The notes beneath the pieces were generated by a model that was given only the letters and a program-made list of their open reading frames with translations, was not told the DNA's origin and did no database searches. A DNA stretch of 64,000 bases from assembly GCF_022045235.1 (NCBI RefSeq), contig NW_027266308.1:53382001-53446000 (forward strand). The letters are read 5' to 3'. Positions 49,695 to 63,541 of this stretch are shown in pieces. Each line of letters starts with the position of its first letter. The stretch's first letter is position 1. Position numbers and translations under genes: made by a program. Source of the DNA: Haliotis cracherodii (taxonomy: Eukaryota).

Positions 49695-50911
49695 ATGAAA
49701 GTGAAGAGCCCCGAAACCAAGCCAAGCAAGTGCACCGTCAACAAGACAATCGTTCCGGCAAGGAACAGAATCAAGTACTCTGCTAGTCAGGTAAACATTT
49801 AATTGCTCGAAACGTCAATAGGAAGAAAACATAAACTATTGTTATTTCAAAAGTAAATCGCAATACAAATTTAACACGTTTTCATCTCCACTATCCATAT
49901 CCACAGTTGAGGGAACTGGAGAAGGTATTCGTGTCCTCTCAGTATCCTGACAGCTCCATCTTGGAGGATCTCTCCAACACCATCAACATCGACGTAGAGA
50001 GACTATCGGTAGGTAAATTACACTTAACAGAAGTTCTCGAAAGAGATAATTGATCGCACAATACACAATATCATAGTGATATAAAACTCTCTTTCTTGTC
50101 CCCTTAAATGTACATAGGACCCATGAAATGTACTGAAGTGAAATTCTCATTTTTACTGCTTTATTCAGTTTATATGGTAGACTTAAAGAATTGTTGTATA
50201 TTTCCTTTCATAATCTTTTCAACCCATATAATAGACCCTGATTTCATTAAATGTCTCGATAATAATGACCTCTTTCTGCCATACAGATCTGGTTCCAGAA
50301 CCGCCGTTCCAAGTTCAAGCGTCAGTCTAAAGGTGCTCACGTGAACTGGATGAGACAGCAACTGTTTCAACAAGGAACATCACGGTCACGTGACGTAACG
50401 GCTACGGAGGAATGTCACGTGCTCACACCACCAACGACTTCCAAGAAAGATGACGTGAAAGACAAACCCAAATCAAAGTAAGTACACACCAAGTTAGTTT
50501 CACCTGCGTGTAGTGGGCTCTTATTAGCTTCAACACAATGGCATGTCTGTCTCGGACTAACAACAATCTCTTCTCTTCTTCAGCCTCCACTACCTACCCA
50601 GCACTGGACCCGGCTGCTCTTCAGTGACGGACTACGACCCCGTCTACAACCCCCTGATGTATCCATCATCACACAACGTCTACAGCGCACTCACTGACGC
50701 AGTATCCTGTACACGGCCTACCCAGAATACTCTCCACTACCCACATCTGATGACGGAAACATCCTTCCAAGTCACACCATGCCAGCAACAGTGGACAGAG
50801 TATTCCAACCAGTCCAACTTCAGCTCTCCCGGAACTCCATACTACCAGAATTATATACCCCACTTCAACTTCCTAAGTGATCAGATGACATTTCCCCAAA
50901 TAGGCGTCTAG
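49695..50911 (+). CDS. PRD-class-like homeobox protein, copy 5 (coding intact; TATA separated by LINE); exons 49695-49790, 49907-50008, 50287-50477, 50584-50911
   Basis: Same exon structure; variant type B (P at homeodomain position 1, E at 15, DVTATEEC, DYDP, QIGV). Confidence 0.88.
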
Positions 50912-53904
50912 AACCTTCGGGGATGTATTCGTGGCCAGACGAAGCACGAGGGCGTAATTTGTGCAATATGCACTGCAGTCCAATGTTGAACTCATCTTGG
51001 GCCTGCTTTGTTGTTACTATTAATGTATATATTGTTGTGTTTACGTTATGGATTGCAACTGTCATTTGAAGAGGACTGTGTAAATGTTTCTGAGATAATA
51101 AACATTATCTGAAAACTATCATTTCCTGTTCTTATGAAACACGCATTTTCCCACTTTCATGTAAACCACGATTACAAATATCTTACTGATAAACAAAGGA
51201 TCCTAAACAGGCGAATCTTGGATTCGAACACATGATTGGTGGATGTTGGTTGGACTAAGAGACAAACCTCTGCACCGTTCAAATGAATCTGCTTGAAGGA
51301 AACTTTTATTGTGAAATTTAACCGTTCTTTAGGTTGTGTGATATGAAATATAAAGCATTGTATAAATCATTTTTAGCAAAGCTACCCTCACAGGTATAGA
51401 TCCTCACCTCCTTGGAAACATGTGTGTTGCAACTGCGACAGATATCCTGCTTTGCTCAGGTCACATTTAAGAGTGTTGTGGTTACATATGTTCCATCGTA
51501 TATAGGTAATAACTAAAACATTAAATGAAGCTATGTTTTCAAGGCTTGAATGATACATTTGGCATCAAATAACACTCATGGTAAACTTTGAAGCTGCTCA
51601 GTTACGGTCAATGTGATATCCCGATCTATGCCTGTAAGGTATTATCAACAACTTTCGTATGCACTTGTAATCGCCATGTTGCGTATAGGAGCCAAACCTT
51701 CATGCTGACGTTATCGGATTATCGGGCGCTTCCTTTGGATACCATTGTCTTAAGCAGATGTCGACACAAGTTACCGTCTGGGAGCGTAAAACATATATAC
51801 ATGCATAAGGCGTGTCGGACAAACCAATTACGTCAATCAGTACTGTACATACATTATATACCACTAGTTCAAACCATTCATTATTTCATATGGTGAGAGA
51901 TACAGACTGGTAAACGGGAAATTTACCCATAGGGTGACCCTTGTATTGCAGAAAAGCCAAGCAAGTAATGGTACAGCAATCACAGTTTAAGGTGTCATTT
52001 ACAGGTATTTGGATTATTACCACGAAAAAGTACATGGCAATAGTTTCAACAGTTTTTAAAATAGTTTGCCAAATCAATACTGACATTAATTTCTTCATAA
52101 CCATCATTTAGGATCCGATTTTCTATCATAATACCATATGGATCTTCCAAATGTTATATATCAATTTATTTATGTGTCAGTTTAGGTATGTAATGTGTAT
52201 TTTATTATCATATTGTGAGGCGCTAAATATACAGGTGAGGAACATCAAACGTCCCATGAACTACTTGAACCTTACCCCTCTATAAATTGTAAATATAGTT
52301 GCTGACTTTTCAGTTTCATGTTGGTTGTGAGTCTTCATTAAATATTAAGTCCAAAAACGTCTCTACACTATGGTGGCAGCCAACTTCTACTAATATTTCG
52401 ATCAAATGATAAAATGCCTTACGTCGGAATATATGCATCAGAATATATAGAATCTGAGCGTGATCTTGAAATAGCTTGGTACATCCGTTCAGTTAGCATA
52501 GAGTAAAATATTTAGAAGTTAATAAAGTGAAATATAAATAGCTACAAAAAGAAAAGTAATTTTTACGTGTTATTGGTGGTTATGATGAACACGTAACTTG
52601 AAAATTGCAAGGTTTTTACCAAACCTAAAATTCTTAAGAGAGGCGGGTAAAGACAATAAAATAAACTTTCCATATTCATATTAAGAATTTGTGTCAAACA
52701 CACACTCGATTGTATAATTCCGACCATATCATGAGTATGTTTCCATTAGTCGCCATCAAATAGTGATGATACCAGATGTTGGCGAAAAGGCGAGCGTATC
52801 CGGCCCCGCTATTTCCCCGGTTACACCCCGTCACAAACACATGCAAAACCAAGGCAATTGTTCACCCGGGAAAAAAAAGGGAACAAGTTAAAAAGGGAAC
52901 TGTATCAAGCGTCATTTGGTCACTGATGCGTCAAATTTGGAAATGTCATCCACATGTCTACCACAAAACGTTTTAAAAGCTTTATGTTGTAACTAAGAAC
53001 ACTCTTTGAAATCATCGTGGAAAGAGCTTGCTCGAGTGTACCTCAGAAGTTGTGAAATGTAGACAACTGGGAACCATTTTTCTTGGCTCACGACATATAT
53101 ACGCCTTATTTCTTTTGAACAAATACATGATCATCGAGATTTTTCTGTATCCTCTTATTCCAAAGATGTTCAATTATATAATGGATATGCGTTTCAAGCT
53201 TATTACGAGCATAACTGTTTCACACAATAACAAATAAGTTATCCTTGTGAAGACTACGGTGTTGTTAATGTTTGTTTGTTTGTTGTTTAACGCCGCACTC
53301 GGCAATATTCCAGCTATATGACGACGGTTATTGTTAATGCCTGGCCCTTCCACACACTATAAGGATTCCTCGCTAGGATTTGTAAATGTTTTGTCCCTGT
53401 TTGTTAATGAAATTGTCCCACAAAACAAGATGGACATTTAAACGTAGTGTCCACACATATGTGCTACGTAGGGCGGCCTCTTTGATGTAGGTGTAAAGTT
53501 TTGACAGGTAAGTGAGTACACGCTCACCTGGCGGAGGCTACTTTAATGTACCGCTACCTCGTCGACGACTGCTACCGTTTTAATTAGGTAAACAAAGATA
53601 TAGTTCTTATTGCTGTGAAAACAATCAAGATGTTTCAACTTAAACAGCATGGCGGCTATACATGAAGAAAGAATTCCTGATTATTAACAACACAGACGTG
53701 GGAGTAATGAGTGGGTGGTGTATGGTGGTTGACTTAAAAGAAGCCCGATGGTCATGGTACGGGTATAAAGTCGAAAACTTCCATCCTTGAGTCATCAGTC
53801 ATAGAGCTGCCCTAATCGAAACCAGCAAGACTTGTCACCGAGACCATCTTCACATTTCGAGCATTTTCTCTTTTAAAAGTATTCTATACAATTACCACAC
53901 TATA

Positions 53905-55121
53905 ATGAAAGTGAAGAGCCCCGAAACCAAGCCAAGCAAGTGCACCGTCAACAAGACAATCGTTCCGGCAAGGAACAGAATCAAGTACTCTGCTAGTCAG
54001 GTAAACATTTAATTGCTCGAAACGTCAATAGGAAGAAAACATAAACTATTGTTATTTCAAAAGTAAATCGCAATACAAATTTAACACGTTTTCATCTCCA
54101 CTATCCATATCCACAGTTGAGGGAACTGGAGAAGGTATTCGTGTCCTCTCAGTATCCTGACAGCTCCATCTTGGAGGATCTCTCCAACACCATCAACATC
54201 GACGTAGAGAGACTATCGGTAGGTAAATTACACTTAACAGAAGTTCTCGAAAGAGATAATTGATCGCACAATACACAATATCATAGTGATATAAAACTCT
54301 CTTTCTTGTCCCCTTAAATGTACATAGGACCCATGAAATGTACTGAAGTGAAATTCTCATTTTTACTGCTTTATTCAGTTTATATGGTAGACTTAAAGAA
54401 TTGTTGTATATTTCCTTTCATAATCTTTTCAACCCATATAATAGACCCTGATTTCATTAAATGTCTCGATAATAATGACCTCTTTCTGCCATACAGATCT
54501 GGTTCCAGAACCGCCGTTCCAAGTTCAAGCGTCAGTCTAAAGGTGCTCACGTGAACTGGATGAGACAGCAACTGTATCAACAAGGAACATCACGGTCACG
54601 TGACGTAACGGCTACGGAGGAATGTCACGTGCTCACACCACCAACGACTTCCAAGAAAGATGACGTGAAAGACAAACCCAAATCAAAGTAAGTACACACC
54701 AAGTTAGTTTCACCTGCGTGTAGTGGGCTCTTATTAGCTTCAACACAATGGCATGTCTGTCTCGGACTAACAACAATCTCTTCTCTTCTTCAGCCTCCAC
54801 TACCTACCCAGCACTGGACCCGGCTGCTCTTCAGTGACGGACTACGACCCCGTCTACAACCCCCTGATGTATCCATCATCACACAACGTCTACAGCGCAC
54901 TCACTGACGCAGTATCCTGTACACGGCCTACCCAGAATACTCTCCACTACCCACATCTGATGACGGAAACATCCTTCCAAGTCACACCATGCCAGCAACA
55001 GTGGACAGAGTATTCCAACCAGTCCAACTTCAGCTCTCCCGGAACTCCATACTACCAGAATTATATACCCCACTTCAACTTCCTAAGTGATCAGATGACA
55101 TTTCCCCAGATAGGCGTCTAG
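53905..55121 (+). CDS. PRD-class-like homeobox protein, copy 6 (intact); exons 53905-54000, 54117-54218, 54497-54687, 54794-55121
   Basis: Same structure as copy 5 at +4210. Confidence 0.92.
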
Positions 55122-58114
55122 AACCTTCGGGGATGTATTCGTGGCCAGACGAAGCACGAGGGCGTAATTTGTGCAATATGCACTGCAGTCCAATGTTGAA
55201 CTCATCTTGGGCCTGCTTTGTTGTTACTATTAATGTATATATTGTTGTGTTTACGTTATGGATTGCAACTGTCATTTGAAGAGGACTGTGTAAATGTTTC
55301 TGAGATAATAAACATTATCTGAAAACTATCATTTCCTGTTCTTATGAAACACGCATTTTCCCACTTTCATGTAAACCACGATTACAAATATCTTACTGAT
55401 AAACAAAGGATCCTAAACAGGCGAATCTTGGATTCGAACACATGATTGGTGGATGTTGGTTGGACTAAGAGACAAACCTCTGCACCGTTCAAATGAATCT
55501 GCTTGAAGGAAACTTTTATTGTGAAATTTAACCGTTCTTTAGGTTGTGTGATATGAAATATAAAGCATTGTATAAATCATTTTTAGCAAAGCTACCCTCA
55601 CAGGTATAGATCCTCACCTCCTTGGAAACATGTGTGTTGCAACTGCGACAGATATCCTGCTTTGCTCAGGTCACATTTAAGAGTGTTGTGGTTACATATG
55701 TTCCATCGTATATAGGTAATAACTAAAACATTAAATGAAGCTATGTTTTCAAGGCTTGAATGATACATTTGGCATCAAATAACACTCATGTTAAACTTTG
55801 AAGCTGCTCAGTTACGGTCAATGTGATATCCCGATCTATGCCTGTAAGGTATTATCAACAACTTTCGTATGCACTTGTAATCGCCATGTTGCGTATAGGA
55901 GCCAAACCTTCATGCTGACGTTATCGGATTATCGGGCGCTTCCTTTGGATACCATTGTCTTAAGCAGATGTCGACACAAGTTACCGCCTGGGAGCGTAAA
56001 ACATATATACATGTATAAGGCGTGTCGGACAAACCAATTACGTCAATCAGTACTGTACATACATTATATACCACTAGTTCAAACCATTCATTATTTCATA
56101 TGGCGAGAGATACAGACTGGTAAACGGGAAATTTACCCATAGGGTGACCCTTGTATTGCAGAAAAGCCAAGCAAGTAATGGTACAGCAATCACAGTTTAA
56201 GGTGTCATTTACAGGTATTTGGATTATTACCACGAAAAAGTACATGGCAATAGTTTCAACAGTTTTAAAAATAGTTTGCCAAATCAATACTGACATTAAT
56301 TTCTTCATAACCATCATTTAGGATCCGATTTTCTATCATAATACCATATGCATCTTCCAAATGTTATATATCAATTTATTTATGTGTCAGTTTAGGTATG
56401 TAATGTGTATTTTATTATCATATTGTGAGGCGCTAAATATACAGGTGAGGAACATCAAACGTCCCATGAAATACTTGAACCTTGTCCCTCTATAAATTGT
56501 AAATATAGTTGCTGACTTTTCAGTTTCATGTTGGTTGTGAGTCTTCATTAAATATTAAGTCCAAAAACGTCTCTACACTATGGTGGCAGCCAACTTCTAC
56601 TAATATTTCGATCAAATGATAATATACCTTACGTCGGAATATATGCCTCGGAATATATAGAATCTGAGCGTGATCTTGAAATAGCTTGGCACATCCGTTC
56701 AGTTAGCATAGAGTAACATATTTTGAAGTTAATAAAGTGAAATATAAATAGCTACAAAGAGAAAAGTAATTTTTACGTGTTATCGGTGGTTATGATGGAC
56801 ACGTAACTTGAAAATTGCAAGGTTTTTACCAAACCTAAAATTCTTAAGAGAGGCGGGTAAAGACAATAAAATAAACTTTCCATATTCATATTAAGAATTT
56901 GTGTCAAACACACACTCGATTGTATAATTCCGACCATATCATGAGTATGTTTCCATTAGTCGCCATCAAATAGTGATGATACCAGATGTTGGCGAAAAGG
57001 CGAGCGTATCCGGCCCCGCTATTTCCCCGGTTACACCCCGTCACAAACACATGCAAAACCAAGGCAATTGTTCACCCGGGAAAAAAAAGGGAACAAGTTA
57101 AAAAGGGAACTGTATCAAGCATCATTTGGTCACTGATGCGTCAAATTTGGAAATGTCATCCACATGTCTACCACAAAACGTTTTAAAAGCTTTATGTTGT
57201 AACTAAGAACACTCTTTGAAATCATCGTGGAAAGAGCTTGCTCGAGTGTACCTCAGAAGTTGTGAAATGTAGACAACTGGGAACCATTTTTCTTGGCTCA
57301 CGACATATATACGCCTTATTTCTTTTGAACAAATACATGATCATCGAGATTTTTCTGTATCCTCTTATTCCAAAGATGTTCAATTATATAATGGATATGC
57401 GTTTCAAGCTTATTACGAGCATAACTGTTTCACACAATAACAAATAAGTTATCCTTGTGAAGACTACGGTGTTGTTAATGTTTGTTTGTTTGTTGTTTAA
57501 CGCCGCACTCGGCAATATTCCAGCTATATGACGACGGTTATTGTTAATGCCTGGCCCTTCCACACACTATAAGGATTCCTCGCTAGGATTTGTAAATGTT
57601 TTGTCCCTGTTTGTTAATGAAATTGTCCCACAAAACAAGATGGACATTTAAACGTAGTGTCCACACATATGTGCTACGTAGGGCGGCCTCTTTGATGTAG
57701 GTGTAAAGTTTTGACAGGTAAGTGAGTACACGCTCACCTGGCGGAGGCTACTTTAATGTACCGCTACCTCGTCGACGACTGCTACCGTTTTAATTAGGTA
57801 AACAAAGATATAGTTCTTATTGCTGTGAAAACAATCAAGATGTTTCAACTTAAACAGCATGGCGGCTATACATGAAGAAAGAATTCCTGATTATTAACAA
57901 CACAGACGTGGGAGTAATGAGTGGGTGGTGTATGGTGGTTGACTTAAAAGAAGCCCGATGGTCATGGTACGGGTATAAAGTCGAAAACTTCCATCCTTGA
58001 GTCATCAGTCATAGAGCTGCCCTAATCGAAACCAGCAAGACTTGTCACCGAGACCATCTTCACATTTCGAGCATTTTCTCTTTTAAAAGTATTCTATACA
58101 ATTACCACACTATA

Positions 58115-59331
58115 ATGAAAGTGAAGAGCCCCGAAACCAAGCCAAGCAAGTGCACCGTCAACAAGACAATCGTTCCGGCAAGGAACAGAATCAAGTACTC
58201 TGCTAGTCAGGTAAACATTTAATTGCTCGAAACGTCAATAGGAAGAAAACATAAACTATTGTTATTTCAAAAGTAAATCGCAATACAAATTTAACACGTT
58301 TTCATCTCCACTATCCATATCCACAGTTGAGGCAACTGGAGAAGGTATTCGTGTCCTCTCAGTATCCTGACAGCTCCATCTTGGAGGATCTCTCCAACAC
58401 CATCAACATCGACGTAGAGAGACTATCGGTAGGTAAATTACACTTAACAGAAGTTCTCGAAAGAGATAATTGATCGCACAATACACAATATCATAGTGAT
58501 ATAAAACTCTCTTTCTTGTCCCCTTAAATGTACATAGGACCCATGAAATGTACTGAAGTGAAATTCTCATTTTTACTGCTTTATTCAGTTTATATGGTAG
58601 ACTTAAAGAATTGTTGGATATTTCCTTTCATAATCTTTTCAACCCATATAATAGACCCTGATTTCATTAAATGTCTCGATAATAATGACCTCTTTCTGCC
58701 ATACAGATCTGGTTCCAGAACCGCCGTTCCAAGTTCAAGCGTCAGTCTAAAGGTGCTCACGTGAACTGGATGAGACAGCAACTGTATCAACAAGGAACAT
58801 CACGGTCACGTGACGTAACGGCTACGGAGGAATGTCACGTGCTCACACCACCAACGACTTCCAAGAAAGATGACGTGAAAGACAAACCCAAATCAAAGTA
58901 AGTACACACCAAGTTAGTTTCACCTGCGTGTAGTGGGCTCTTATTAGCTTCAACACAATGGCATGTCTGTCTCGGACTAACAACAATCTCTTCTCTTCTT
59001 CAGCCTCCACTACCTACCCAGCACTGGACCCGGCTGCTCTTCAGTGACGGACTACGACCCCGTCTACAACCCCCTGATGTATCCATCATCACACAACGTC
59101 TACAGCGCACTCACTGACGCAGTATCCTGTACACGGCCTACCCAGAATACTCTCCACTACCCACATCTGATGACGGAAACATCCTTCCAAGTCACACCAT
59201 GCCAGCAACAGTGGACAGAGTATTCCAACCAGTCCAACTTCAGCTCTCCCGGAACTCCATACTACCAGAATTATATACCCCACTTCAACTTCCTAAGTGA
59301 TCAGATGACATTTCCCCAAATAGGCGTCTAG
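58115..59331 (+). CDS. PRD-class-like homeobox protein, copy 7 (intact); exons 58115-58210, 58327-58428, 58707-58897, 59004-59331
   Basis: Same structure; carries the type-A Q at homeodomain position 15 on a type-B background. Confidence 0.92.
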
Positions 59332-62324
59332 AACCTTCGGGGATGTATTCGTGGCCAGACGAAGCACGAGGGCGTAATTTGTGCAATATGCACTGCAGTC
59401 CAATGTTGAACTCATCTTGGGCCTGCTTTGTTGTTACTATTAATGTATATATTGTTGTGTTTACGTTATGGATTGCAACTGTCATTTGAAGAGGACTGTG
59501 TAAATGTTTCTGAGATAATAAACATTATCTGAAAACTATCATTTCCTGTTCTTATGAAACACGCATTTTCCCACTTTCATGTAAACCACGATTACAAATA
59601 TCTTACTGATAAACAAAGGATCCTAAACAGGCGAATCTTGGATTCGAACACATGATTGGTGGATGTTGGTTGGACTAAGAGACAAACCTCTGCACCGTTC
59701 AAATGAATCTGCTTGAAGGAAACTTTTATTGTGAAATTTAACCGTTCTTTAGGTTGTGTGATATGAAATATAAAGCATTGTATAAATCATTTTTAGCAAA
59801 GCTACCCTCACAGGTATAGATCCTCACCTCCTTGGAAACATGTGTGTTGCAACTGCGACAGATATCCTGCTTTGCTCAGGTCACATTTAAGAGTGTTGTG
59901 GTTACATATGTTCCATCGTATATAGGTAATAACTAAAACATTAAATGAAGCTATGTTTTCAAGGCTTGAATGATACATTTGGCATCAAATAACACTCATG
60001 TTAAACTTTGAAGCTGCTCAGTTACGGTCAATGTGATATCCCGATCTATGCCTGTAAGGTATTATCAACAACTTTCGTATGCACTTGTAATCGCCATGTT
60101 GCGTATAGGAGCCAAACCTTCATGCTGACGTTATCGGATTATCGGGCGCTTCCTTTGGATACCATTGTCTTAAGCAGATGTCGACACAAGTTACCGCCTG
60201 GGAGCGTAAAACATATATACATGTATAAGGCGTGTCGGACAAACCAATTACGTCAATCAGTACTGTACATACATTATATACCACTAGTTCAAACCATTCA
60301 TTATTTCATATGGCGAGAGATACAGACTGGTAAACGGGAAATTTACCCATAGGGTGACCCTTGTATTGCAGAAAAGCCAAGCAAGTAATGGTACAGCAAT
60401 CACAGTTTAAGGTGTCATTTACAGGTATTTAGATTATTACCACGAAAAAGTACATGGCAATAGTTTCAACAGTTTTAAAAATAGTTTGCCAAATCAATAC
60501 TGACATTAATTTCTTCATAACCATCATTTAGGATCCGATTTTCTATCATAATACCATATGCATCTTCCAAATGTTATATATCAATTTATTTATGTGTCAG
60601 TTTAGGTATGTAATGTGTATTTTATTATCATATTGTGAGGCGCTAAATATACAGGTGAGGAACATCAAACGTCCCATGAAATACTTGAACCTTGTCCCTC
60701 TATAAATTGTAAATATAGTTGCTGACTTTTCAGTTTCATGTTGGTTGTGAGTCTTCATTAAATATTAAGTCCAAAAACGTCTCTACACTATGGTGGCAGC
60801 CAACTTCTACTAATATTTCGATCAAATGATAATATACCTTACGTCGGAATATATGCCTCGGAATATATAGAATCTGAGCGTGATCTTGAAATAGCTTGGC
60901 ACATCCGTTCAGTTAGCATAGAGTAACATATTTTGAAGTTAATAAAGTGAAATATAAATAGCTACAAAGAGAAAAGTAATTTTTACGTGTTATCGGTGGT
61001 TATGATGGACACGTAACTTGAAAATTGCAAGGTTTTTACCAAACCTAAAATTCTTAAGAGAGGCGGGTAAAGACAATAAAATAAACTTTCCATATTCATA
61101 TTAAGAATTTGTGTCAAACACACACTCGATTGTATAATTCCGACCATATCATGAGTATGTTTCCATTAGTCGCCATCAAATAGTGATGATACCAGATGTT
61201 GGCGAAAAGGCGAGCGTATCCGGCCCCGCTATTTCCCCGGTTACACCCCGTCACAAACACATGCAAAACCAAGGCAATTGTTCACCCGGGAAAAAAAAGG
61301 GAACAAGTTAAAATGGGAACTGTATCAAGCATCATTTGGTCACTGATGCGTCAAATTTGGAAATGTCATCCACATGTCTACCACAAAACGTTTTAAAAGC
61401 TTTATGTTGTAACTAAGAACACTCTTTGAAATCATCGTGGAAAGAGCTTGCTCGAGTGTACCTCAGAAGTTGTGAAATGTAGACAACTGGGAACCATTTT
61501 TCTTGGCTCACGACATATATACGCCTTATTTCTTTTGAACAAATACATGATCATCGAGATTTTTCTGTATCCTCTTATTCCAAAGATGTTCAATTATATA
61601 ATGGATATGCGTTTCAAGCTTATTACGAGCATAACTGTTTCACACAATAACAAATAAGTTATCCTTGTGAAGACTACGGTGTTGTTAATGTTTGTTTGTT
61701 TGTTGTTTAACGCCGCACTCGGCAATATTCCAGCTATATGACGACGGTTATTGTTAATGCCTGGCCCTTCCACACACTATAAGGATTCCTCGCTAGGATT
61801 TGTAAATGTTTTGTCCCTGTTTGTTAATGAAATTGTCCCACAAAACAAGATGGACATTTAAACGTAGTGTCCACACATATGTGCTACGTAGGGCGGCCTC
61901 TTTGATGTAGGTGTAAAGTTTTGACAGGTAAGTGAGTACACGCTCACCTGGCGGAGGCTACTTTAATGTACCGCTACCTCGTCGACGACTGCTACCGTTT
62001 TAATTAGGTAAACAAAGATATAGTTCTTATTGCTGTGAAAACAATCAAGATGTTTCAACTTAAACAGCATGGCGGCTATACATGAAGAAAGAATTCCTGA
62101 TTATTAACAACACAGACGTGGGAGTAATGAGTGGGTGGTGTATGGTGGTTGACTTAAAAGAAGCCCGATGGTCATGGTACGGGTATAAAGTCGAAAACTT
62201 CCATCCTTGAGTCATCAGTCATAGAGCTGCCCTAATCGAAACCAGCAAGACTTGTCACCGAGACCATCTTCACATTTCGAGCATTTTCTCTTTTAAAAGT
62301 ATTCTATACAATTACCACACTATA

Positions 62325-63541
62325 ATGAAAGTGAAGAGCCCCGAAACCAAGCCAAGCAAGTGCACCGTCAACAAGACAATCGTTCCGGCAAGGAACAGAA
62401 TCAAGTACTCTGCTAGTCAGGTAAACATTTAATTGCTCGAAACGTCAATAGGAAGAAAACATAAACTATTGTTATTTCAAAAGTAAATCGCAATACAAAT
62501 TTAACACGTTTTCATCTCCACTATCCATATCCACAGTTGAGGGAACTGGAGAAGGTATTCGTGTCCTCTCAGTATCCTGACAGCTCCATCTTGGAGGATC
62601 TCTCCAACACCATCAACATCGACGTAGAGAGACTATCGGTAGGTAAATTACACTTAACAGAAGTTCTCGAAAGAGATAATTGATCGCACAATACACAATA
62701 TCATAGTGATATAAAACTCTCTTTCTTGTCCCCTTAAATGTACATAGGACCCATGAAATGTACTGAAGTGAAATTCTCATTTTTACTGCTTTATTCAGTT
62801 TATATGGTAGACTTAAAGAATTGTTGTATATTTCCTTTCATAATCTTTTCAACCCATATAATAGACCCTGATTTCATTAAATGTCTCGATAATAATGACC
62901 TCTTTCTGCCATACAGATCTGGTTCCAGAACCGCCGTTCCAAGTTCAAGCGTCAGTCTAAAGGTGCTCACGTGAACTGGATGAGACAGCAACTGTATCAA
63001 CAAGGAACATCACGGTCACGTGACGTAACGGCTACGGAGGAATGTCACGTGCTCACACCACCAACGACTTCCAAGAAAGATGACGTGAAAGACAAACCCA
63101 AATCAAAGTAAGTACACACCAAGTTAGTTTCACCTGCGTGTAGTGGGCTCTTATTAGCTTCAACACAATGGCATGTCTGTCTCGGACTAACAACAATCTC
63201 TTCTCTTCTTCAGCCTCCACTACCTACCCAGCACTGGACCCGGCTGCTCTTCAGTGACGGACTACGACCCCGTCTACAACCCCCTGATGTATCCATCATC
63301 ACACAACGTCTACAGCGCACTCACTGACGCAGTATCCTGTACACGGCCTACCCAGAATACTCTCCACTACCCACATCTGATGACGGAAACATCCTTCCAA
63401 GTCACACCATGCCAGCAACAGTGGACAGAGTATTCCAACCAGTCCAACTTCAGCTCTCCCGGAACTCCATACTACCAGAATTATATACCCCACTTCAACT
63501 TCCTAAGTGATCAGATGACATTTCCCCAAATAGGCGTCTAG
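62325..63541 (+). CDS. PRD-class-like homeobox protein, copy 8 (intact); exons 62325-62420, 62537-62638, 62917-63107, 63214-63541
   Basis: Same structure as copy 6 at +8420. Confidence 0.92.
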
